34,352 nt of DNA from an uncultured Thermoanaerobaculia bacterium. GTDB taxonomy: Bacteria > Acidobacteriota > Thermoanaerobaculia > Thermoanaerobaculales > Sulfomarinibacteraceae. Under the pieces are notes generated by a model. It was not told the origin of the DNA. It saw only the letters and a list, made by a program, of their open reading frames with translations, and ran no database searches. The translations under genes and the position numbers were made by a program. Numbering within the stretch: position 1 is the first letter of the stretch; each line of letters begins with the position of its first letter. The stretch is from assembly GCA_964430905.1 (NCBI GenBank), contig CAYSHZ010000002.1, positions 1 through 34,352 on the forward strand. Direction: 5' to 3'. Below, piece by piece: positions 28,169-34,352 of the stretch.

Positions 28169-29170
28169 ATGATGACTGGATTAATACTGGCCGCAGCCGT
28201 GACCTTGTCACCGGCACTTCTGGCCGCGCCGGAGGCTGAAAAGTTCGGAACGGATTACTACGACACGGTCGTACGTGGTCATTTTCATGAGCGTGTCCAG
28301 GCCGCGTGGCCCGGACCAACGGGCCTGCTGAATCTGTGGCGGTCAGGCAAACTCGGCTCGCGACAGAGAGTGGCCCTGCTTCTCGGCGGTGCGGCTTTCC
28401 ATGATCCGCAGCTGCTTCCCGCGTATCGGGAAGGGCTCTTGAGTGGCAATGCCCAGTTGCGTAAGGTGGCAGCGTATGGCTACCGGGATTTAATTGGAGA
28501 CGATGTACCCAACGTTCGAGGTGGCGTATCACCCGAGGTGGCTCGTTCCCTGGTTGGAGAACTGGATGCGGTTGCCCGGACTACCCGAAGGGCCGCTCTG
28601 ATCGACATTTGGCTGGTTTCCCTTCTGGCTTCCGAGGGGCACAAGCCACCGGATTGGAGGGGGATTACCTTTGCGGGATCCCCAGCCAGATGTCTCAAGG
28701 CTGTGGAGCGTCTTGCCGGCCCCGAGGACCTCGGTTCCGTAGTGGGAACCTATCAGCTCTCCGAAGAGCGGGTGAACCGCGTCTCGCTGATGCGTCTCAT
28801 CGAGGGGTTAAGTATGGGTCGTCTGGTCGTCAAGCCTCAAGGAGAGGGTCAGGGATGGGGGTCGAAAGTCTACGATGAGGCATTCGAGCGCCTGGAGCGT
28901 TGGTTGAGTTATCAGTGTGACCTGGGTGTATTCCCGGTACTCCAGAAGGCATTTTTGGATTTGGGTGTTCGAGGGTTGGATCCGTTGAGCCCTGCGGCCT
29001 GTGACGTGTGGCTCCAGATCTTGATCAGGGGTCGTCCAACCTCGTGGGCGATGGCCGCCGATCGTTTGTACCTTTGCGGCGGACCAGCTATCCGGCTTTC
29101 CTTGGCTCGGCCGGAGACCGAAAGAAACCGGGATGTCCGAAAGCGTTTGAGGCTTTGGTATGGAAATTAG
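28169..29170 (+). CDS. hypothetical exported protein (signal peptide, possibly HEAT/ARM-like helical repeats)
   Basis: N-terminal MMTGLILAAAVTLSPALLA|AP. No family motif recognised. Its stop overlaps the start of the downstream cyclase gene by 11 nt. Confidence 0.5.
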   Translation: MMTGLILAAAVTLSPALLAAPEAEKFGTDYYDTVVRGHFHERVQAAWPGPTGLLNLWRSGKLGSRQRVALLLGGAAFHDPQLLPAYREGLLSGNAQLRKVAAYGYRDLIGDDVPNVRGGVSPEVARSLVGELDAVARTTRRAALIDIWLVSLLASEGHKPPDWRGITFAGSPARCLKAVERLAGPEDLGSVVGTYQLSEERVNRVSLMRLIEGLSMGRLVVKPQGEGQGWGSKVYDEAFERLERWLSYQCDLGVFPVLQKAFLDLGVRGLDPLSPAACDVWLQILIRGRPTSWAMAADRLYLCGGPAIRLSLARPETERNRDVRKRLRLWYGN

Positions 29171-30755
29171 GGATAAAATAAAATTTGTGCCGGTCTTTGT
29201 GTATGACGATGGTGAGACGACCCACCGAACGTCTCTTCGGGGTGGCTTGACCCTGGGGCGTTCCAGCGACAACGATATTGTTCTGCGCGATTTTTCGGTA
29301 TCTCGGCATCATGCCGAGGTCGATGAGATCGACGGTATTTTCAAGATCAGGGATCTCAACAGCACCAATGGCGTCAAGGTTAACGACACCTTTGTCACGG
29401 TAGCCAACATCAGCCCCGGCGATCTGGTGACCATCGGCAACTTCGAGTTGGAGGTCTGCGATCCCGGGGGAGAAAGCCCCGGAATGTCATCGGCGACCTA
29501 CCTCAGGCCGTTGTCGGAGTTCAACGACGACTTTGGGCTTGAGGGAGAGGCTTCGGGAGTCCAACCGGGCGTTGAAGAAAGTGAGCGAGGCCGGGTCTTC
29601 ATGATCCTCGCCCAGGTTGCCAAGACCCTGATTCAGGTCGATGATCTGCAGCCGGTGCTGGACAAGGTCATGGACGTCGTCTTCGAGCATCTCAAAGTAG
29701 ATCGTGGGTTCATCGTCCTGTTTGATGACGCGGGAGGGCCGCGTCTCGAGTTGTTCCGGGCGCGGGAACTCGACGAGGGTGGAACTCCGGAGGTTCCCAT
29801 TTCCAGGACTATCCTGGATTTGGTCACCGGAAAGAAAGTTGCCGTTCTGACCCATGACGCCCAGGCGGATGAGCGTTTCGAAAGTGGCCAGAGCATTCGA
29901 ATTCATCAGATTCGATCGGCGATGTGTACCCCATTGTGGCACCGTGAGCGGGTCATCGGTGTCATCTATGTCGATTCTCCACTCCACGTCGGTTCCTTTT
30001 CGGCGACGGACCTCGACCTTCTGACTGCGCTGGGCAATTACGCGGCGGTCGCAATCGAGAGGGCTCAGCTCAACGAACGAATCCGTGCCGAGCAGGTTGT
30101 CAGGGATCGCCTGGTTCGATACCACTCTCCTGCGGTGATCGACGCCGTTCTCGCCCGGCCGGAAAGGGAGGAGTCGGTCGTCACCCTGAGGGAGACATCG
30201 ATTCTCTTTGCCGATATTGTTGGCTTTACCGCCCGCTGCGAGGCATCCCCCCCGGAAGAAATCGCCGCCTTTCTCAATCAGTTTTTCTCGTTGGCGGCAG
30301 ATGCCGTCTTCGAGTACGGCGGTACGCTGGACAAGTTCATCGGCGATGCCGTCATGGCTTTCTGGGGGGCGCCCCTGCCCCAGGAGGATCATGCCGAGAG
30401 GGCGGTTCGCAGTGCCCTGCTGATAATGGACGAGTTGGAAAAATGGAATACGAAACGGTTGGAGGCCGGTGAGGACCGGGTTGACGTCCGGATCGCCATT
30501 CATTCGGGGCCTGTCGTCGTCGGCGATATTGGTTCTGCAACTCGTGTCGACTACACCGTACTGGGCAACACCGTCAATATTGCTGCGAGGTTCGAAGGGT
30601 CCGTCGCGAAACCAGGTCAGATCGTCATCGGAGAGACCACTCAGGCTGCTGTCGCTGATGTCTTCAAGACTGAGCATCTGGGAGATGTGCCCCTCAAGGG
30701 CCTGTCGCGCAAGATCGCCGTCTACCTGGTCGTGCCTCCGGACAGTGCGGGATGA
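29160..30755 (+). CDS. FHA - GAF - class III nucleotidyl (adenylate-type) cyclase
   Basis: FHA: LTLGRSSDNDIVLRDFSVSRHHAEV...FKIRDLNSTNGVKVND. Central GAF-like region (DRGFIVLFDD...SAMCTPLWHRERVIGVIYVDS). Cyclase: ILFADIVGFT, LDKFIGDAVMAFWGAP, YTVLGNTVNIAARFE (metal Asp residues, substrate Lys...Thr, catalytic Asn/Arg all present). Confidence 0.85.
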   Translation: MEIRDKIKFVPVFVYDDGETTHRTSLRGGLTLGRSSDNDIVLRDFSVSRHHAEVDEIDGIFKIRDLNSTNGVKVNDTFVTVANISPGDLVTIGNFELEVCDPGGESPGMSSATYLRPLSEFNDDFGLEGEASGVQPGVEESERGRVFMILAQVAKTLIQVDDLQPVLDKVMDVVFEHLKVDRGFIVLFDDAGGPRLELFRARELDEGGTPEVPISRTILDLVTGKKVAVLTHDAQADERFESGQSIRIHQIRSAMCTPLWHRERVIGVIYVDSPLHVGSFSATDLDLLTALGNYAAVAIERAQLNERIRAEQVVRDRLVRYHSPAVIDAVLARPEREESVVTLRETSILFADIVGFTARCEASPPEEIAAFLNQFFSLAADAVFEYGGTLDKFIGDAVMAFWGAPLPQEDHAERAVRSALLIMDELEKWNTKRLEAGEDRVDVRIAIHSGPVVVGDIGSATRVDYTVLGNTVNIAARFEGSVAKPGQIVIGETTQAAVADVFKTEHLGDVPLKGLSRKIAVYLVVPPDSAG

Positions 30756-31303
30756 ACCTCAACGGTTTGGTTTTTGTCACCTCAAATTTGGACAAACTGC
30801 GGGAAGCCGAGGCCGTGCTTGGCCTGAAATTGACCCATAAAGCCTTGGATCTCGACGAGATCCAGTCCCTGGAACTTGAGGCTGTTGTTCGTCACAAGGC
30901 CCGGAGTGCGCGGGATCAGGTTGAGGGACCTGTGCTGGTCGAGGATACGTCGCTGGAAATGAAGGGCATGAACGGTTTTCCCGGGCCTTTGATCAAATGG
31001 CTGCTGACCTCGGTTGGCCCAGGAGGTATCAGCAAATTGGCCGACGTATTCGGCGATCGTCGAGCAGTCGTCAGGTGCATGGCCTCTGCATTCGATGGGG
31101 CCGAGGAGTACCTCGGACTGGGCGTTGTCGAGGGTTCGATCGCATCCGAACCTCGGGGCAGCGGCGGTTTCGGCTGGGACAGTGTTTTCATCCCCTCAAC
31201 CGGTGGCGGCCTGACCTACGCCGAGATGGAAGAGTCCGAGAAGAACCGCATCTCCCACCGACGCCTGGCTTTGGAAGATCTGAGGTTGGTGCTGAGGCGG
31301 TAG
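30752..31303 (+). CDS. non-canonical purine NTP pyrophosphatase, HAM1/ITPA type
   Basis: VFVTSNLDKLREAE, GPVLVEDTSLEMKGMNGFPGPLIKWL, FGWDSVFIP...TYAEMEESEKNRISHRRLAL closely follow the ITPA/HAM1 pattern. ATGA overlap with the cyclase stop. Confidence 0.85.
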   Translation: MNLNGLVFVTSNLDKLREAEAVLGLKLTHKALDLDEIQSLELEAVVRHKARSARDQVEGPVLVEDTSLEMKGMNGFPGPLIKWLLTSVGPGGISKLADVFGDRRAVVRCMASAFDGAEEYLGLGVVEGSIASEPRGSGGFGWDSVFIPSTGGGLTYAEMEESEKNRISHRRLALEDLRLVLRR

Positions 31304-31375
31304 AGATTACAAAAGTACAAGAGCGCAAAGGTTCAAGAGACAAGAGCAGGGTAGACGTTGAGGGAGGGGTTGGGG

Positions 31376-31831
31376 TCAGAGTGTCCCGGAATTCAACGCA
31401 CAGTTGAGGGAGATCTCAAGAGGGCAGGGCTTGGACGAGGAAAACCGGAAGCGGACATGCTTCAGGAGCCGCCCATCAAAACCCCGGGTATCGAGTCCAA
31501 GGAGTTCTATGGTGGCTGTCTCGTTGGGTTCAATTCGCCCTCGATTTCCCCCGGGTTGGGCTGCAACCACACATTGGACTCCGGTCAACGGGTCGGTGAA
31601 TACCTGCACAGGGACATCGCCCCAATTGGTTACCTTGAGAAATGGCGTGATGACGGTTCCTGAAGAGACTGTTCCAACGTCGCAGATCCATTGAGGCGAT
31701 GGCCCATCGATGAAATCGGCGTTGACGGTCTCTTTTCCTGGCAGATCAAGGGCCTCTCCGGTCGAGGCGCCGAAACCTATGAGGAGAACAGTGACCAGTA
31801 CTCGAACCATGTTTCGATTGTATTCGATCAT
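31376..31831 (-). CDS. small exported protein, DUF1573-like Ig-fold (hypothetical)
   Basis: Signal/anchor VRVLVTVLLIGFGAS. The pattern VGTVSSGTVITPFLKVTNWGDVPVQV...IEPNETATIEL resembles DUF1573 (F.F.N.G..PL). Confidence 0.45.
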   Translation of the reverse strand: MIEYNRNMVRVLVTVLLIGFGASTGEALDLPGKETVNADFIDGPSPQWICDVGTVSSGTVITPFLKVTNWGDVPVQVFTDPLTGVQCVVAAQPGGNRGRIEPNETATIELLGLDTRGFDGRLLKHVRFRFSSSKPCPLEISLNCALNSGTL

Positions 31832-31862
31832 TTGAGATTCCGTTCCCTCGTCAGTTCACCAT

Positions 31863-31883
31863 GCAATTCGTTGGACGAATTGC
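31863..31883. repeat. Palindrome GCAATTCG-TTGGA-CGAATTGC in the divergent DUF1573-like / ubiE promoter region
   Basis: Read directly. The 8-bp arms share the GCAATTC/GAATTGC core with the palindrome at 480-500. Confidence 0.6.
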
Positions 31884-31901
31884 CCATGCTAAAGTCCGCT
31901 C

Positions 31902-32609
31902 GTGCGTGACGAACTGCGTTCAAAGAGGGGGTCCGAGATCCGAGGGATGTTCGGCCGGATCGCTCATCGTTATGACCTGCTCAATCGGGTTCTGTCCCTG
32001 GGGCAGGACCGTGGATGGCGGAGGCTCCTGGCCCGGAGGGTGGCTGCAGCCCGTCCTCAACTGACACTGGATGTCTGTACCGGCACAGGTGACGTTGCCC
32101 TGTCGTTTGATCCTCGAAGCCGGACGATTGGAACCGACTTTTGTCTGCCGATGCTGGCTTTGGCCCGGCGCAAGGTCCTCGATCGGAATGTGTTCCTGCC
32201 GTTGTTTGCCGGAGACGCCTTGCTGTTGCCGGTCACCGAGGGTTGCGTCGATGTTGTCACCGTTGCCTTCGGGGTCCGGAATTTTGAAGACCTGGAGCGA
32301 GGGCTTCGGGAGTTGATCCGAGTCTTGCGACCCGGCGGCGTGTTGCTGATCCTCGAATTCTCGCGGCCATCGGGCCTCTTCGGTCCCCTGATGCGCGGAT
32401 GGGTTCGGACGGTTCCGCCGTTGGTCGGGCGATGGATCTCCGGGGACTCCGAGGCCTACAGCTATCTACCGCAGTCCGTTGCCGAGTTTCCCCAGGGTCA
32501 GAGGATGGTTGATCTCTTGGAGTCGGTTGGCCTGGAGAAGGTCTCCGCACGGCCCGTGACCGGGGGCGTCGCCACCGTCTACGAGGGACAAAGGAGCACA
32601 CATGGATGA
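31902..32609 (+). CDS. ubiE: demethylmenaquinone/ubiquinone C-methyltransferase (UbiE/MenG)
   Basis: MFGRIAHRYDLLNRVLSLGQDRGWRR, SAM motif LDVCTGTGD, LRPGGVLLILEFS. GTG start. Confidence 0.88.
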   Translation: MRDELRSKRGSEIRGMFGRIAHRYDLLNRVLSLGQDRGWRRLLARRVAAARPQLTLDVCTGTGDVALSFDPRSRTIGTDFCLPMLALARRKVLDRNVFLPLFAGDALLLPVTEGCVDVVTVAFGVRNFEDLERGLRELIRVLRPGGVLLILEFSRPSGLFGPLMRGWVRTVPPLVGRWISGDSEAYSYLPQSVAEFPQGQRMVDLLESVGLEKVSARPVTGGVATVYEGQRSTHG

Positions 32610-33537
32610 CAGCAAACTCTTGAAGGGCAGCGTCGTTGCTGCCGCCATCCGGGAAGATGTTGCGGCCGAGGTCGAGGCTCTTGCCGAAGACGGGATTCAT
32701 CCCCGTCTGGATGTCGTTCTGGTCGGGGAGGATCCGGCCTCAAAGGTCTACGTGGGGTCCAAGGCCAAGACCTGCGACCAGTTGGGCATGGTGTCAAAGA
32801 CCCACATCCTGCCGGCCGAGACCCCCCAGGAACAGTTGGAGGCGTTGATTGCCGAACTCAATGCCGACGACGAGGTTGACGGCATTCTGGTCCAGCTGCC
32901 CCTTCCCGGAGATCTCGACGCCCACAGGGTGCTGGAAATGATCGATCCGGCCAAGGACGTCGACGGCTTTCATACCTCCAACGTCGGCCTGCTGCAGCAG
33001 GGCAGGCCGAGACTGGTCCCCTGCACACCGGCAGGTGTGATGGAAATGCTGCGGCGCGAAGATATCGAGGTCAAAGGTAGGAGAGCGGTCGTGGTCGGTC
33101 GATCCGACATCGTCGGCAAGCCGATGGCGATGCTCCTGCTTCACGCTCACGCGACCGTCACCGTCTGCCATTCGAGAACCCGGGATCTTGCGGCCGTCAC
33201 CCGCGAAGCGGATATTTTGATCGCCGCCGTCGGCGTCCTCGGCCTGATCGGCGTCGATCACGTGCGTGACGGCGCCATCGTCATCGACGTCGGAATGCAC
33301 CGCGTCACCGACCGGGTGACGGTCGAACGGCTGTATTCGGGCAATGCCAAGAAGATGGCCGCCTTCGAAAAGCGCGGCGCCGTGTTGTCCGGCGATGTCG
33401 ACTTTGAGGCGGTTGCTCCCAAGGCCGGGCGGATCACACCGGTTCCCGGAGGCGTGGGTCCTCTGACCATCGCCATGTTGATGAGCAATACCGTTCGTGC
33501 GGCGCGTCTGCGACGGGGGGAATACGAAGACATATGA
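32602..33537 (+). CDS. folD: bifunctional methylenetetrahydrofolate dehydrogenase/cyclohydrolase
   Basis: PASKVYVGSKAKTC, DGILVQLPLP, VVVGRSDIVGKPMAMLL, PVPGGVGPLTIAML. Overlaps ubiE by 8 nt. Confidence 0.93.
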   Translation: MDDSKLLKGSVVAAAIREDVAAEVEALAEDGIHPRLDVVLVGEDPASKVYVGSKAKTCDQLGMVSKTHILPAETPQEQLEALIAELNADDEVDGILVQLPLPGDLDAHRVLEMIDPAKDVDGFHTSNVGLLQQGRPRLVPCTPAGVMEMLRREDIEVKGRRAVVVGRSDIVGKPMAMLLLHAHATVTVCHSRTRDLAAVTREADILIAAVGVLGLIGVDHVRDGAIVIDVGMHRVTDRVTVERLYSGNAKKMAAFEKRGAVLSGDVDFEAVAPKAGRITPVPGGVGPLTIAMLMSNTVRAARLRRGEYEDI

Positions 33538-33670
33538 ACCACGAAGACGCGAAGTGCGCAAAGGAAGAAGAAAGAGGACAGCCACTAAGAGGCCCGAAAA
33601 GGTACCAAAAGGGAAGGCAAGCGAATCGATGCTGCTGTTTTGGGAGCTGTGACGTTCGGCCGAGGTATTC

Positions 33671-34270
33671 ATGACTCGTCGAACATTCTCCGTCGGTCTG
33701 ACCGGAGGTCTGGCGTCGGGGAAATCCACGGTTGCCGAAATGCTCCGCGAGAGAGGAATTCCGGTTCTCGATGCCGACGCCGTCGTACATGGACTGTATT
33801 CGGCCGGGGGGGCAGGGGTAGCTCTGGTGGCCGACCTCTTCGGTGAAGAAGTGCTCAAGGCCGACGGTTCGGTTGACCGCAGGGCTCTGGCAACTCGGGT
33901 TCTTGGTGATGCCGAGGCTCTCGAACGCCTCAATCGGGCGATCCATCCGCTGGTTCGAGATGAAATTGAGGGATGGCTGAAGGCCGTCGAAGAACCGATT
34001 GCCGTCGTCGAGGCTGCCTTGTTGGTCGAGACAGGCTCGTACAAGGCTTACGATCTGCTGATGGTTGTCTGGTGCAGTCCGAAGCAGCAGCTCGAACGGG
34101 CCTTCCATCGGGGTGTCAGTCCGTTGCAGGCCAGGGCCCTGCTCGGGGCCCAGGCGCCGATAGAAGAAAAAACCGCATTGGCCGACGTCGTCGTCGACAA
34201 CAGCGGTACACCCGAACAACTCGAAATCGAACTCGACCGAGCCTGGACCGAGGTTGTGGAGAGCCGATAA
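33671..34270 (+). CDS. coaE: dephospho-CoA kinase
   Basis: VGLTGGLASGKSTVAEML P-loop, about 200 aa, typical CoaE layout. Confidence 0.9.
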   Translation: MTRRTFSVGLTGGLASGKSTVAEMLRERGIPVLDADAVVHGLYSAGGAGVALVADLFGEEVLKADGSVDRRALATRVLGDAEALERLNRAIHPLVRDEIEGWLKAVEEPIAVVEAALLVETGSYKAYDLLMVVWCSPKQQLERAFHRGVSPLQARALLGAQAPIEEKTALADVVVDNSGTPEQLEIELDRAWTEVVESR

Positions 34271-34318
34271 GGAGCTGTCAGCTATCGGCTTAGGCGCTTG
34301 CAAAACTCAAGAAAACCC

Positions 34319-34339
34319 GGGCGGGGATAAACCCCGCCC
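34319..34339. terminator. GC-rich hairpin GGGCGGGG-ATAAA-CCCCGCCC (possible terminator, perhaps for a minus-strand gene beyond the window)
   Basis: 8-bp perfect stem. A T-rich run (GGGTTTTCTTGAGTTTT) follows it only on the minus strand. It lies 49 nt after the coaE stop. Confidence 0.4.
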
Positions 34340-34352
34340 CTACGAACACATT

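Noticed and set aside
29160-30755. Cyclase considered as a Pycsar- or CBASS-type antiphage cyclase
   Set aside because: No adjacent effector (TIR, TM-pore, phospholipase, nuclease) is present. The enzyme has sensory FHA and GAF domains and adenylate-type Lys/Thr substrate positions. The neighbours are housekeeping genes. A signalling role is more parsimonious, although specificity cannot be proven from sequence.

Overview
High-GC (by eye roughly 60%) bacterial chromosomal window, apparently from a diderm organism (BamD, RseP, LysM lipoprotein-like and TonB-C-like proteins). It is dominated by housekeeping genes.

Translation content is unusually dense:
- GluRS, GlnRS and SerS.
- SelB, TadA and TruA.
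- Four tRNA-Ser genes covering every serine anticodon class.
- An SRP (4.5S) RNA that the ORF track cannot show.

One long, mostly overlapping minus-strand gene string runs truA-uppS-cdsA-dxr-rseP-PASTA-rpe-bamD-LysM-tadA-tRNA-tRNA-ffs. Menaquinone-type genes are also present (UbiX/UbiA-like pair, UbiE/MenG), as are folD and coaE.

Accessory or less ordinary content:
- A higBA toxin-antitoxin pair wedged directly upstream of selB.
- A ComEA-like gene behind a textbook sigma-54 promoter, followed by a terminator and an orphan GspH/FimT-like pseudopilin.
- A Kbl-like alpha-oxoamine synthase divergent from an SGNH hydrolase plus GT-C glycosyltransferase pair.
- A translationally coupled trio: signal-peptide orphan protein, FHA-GAF-class III nucleotide cyclase, ITPA-type NTP pyrophosphatase.

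The trio is my best candidate for an undescribed functional module, but this is inference from domain motifs and gene overlap only. I saw no transposase, integrase, CRISPR array, rRNA or tRNA-Sec. Long ORFs antisense to the called genes are treated as high-GC artefacts. All family assignments come from motif recognition by eye, with no database search.
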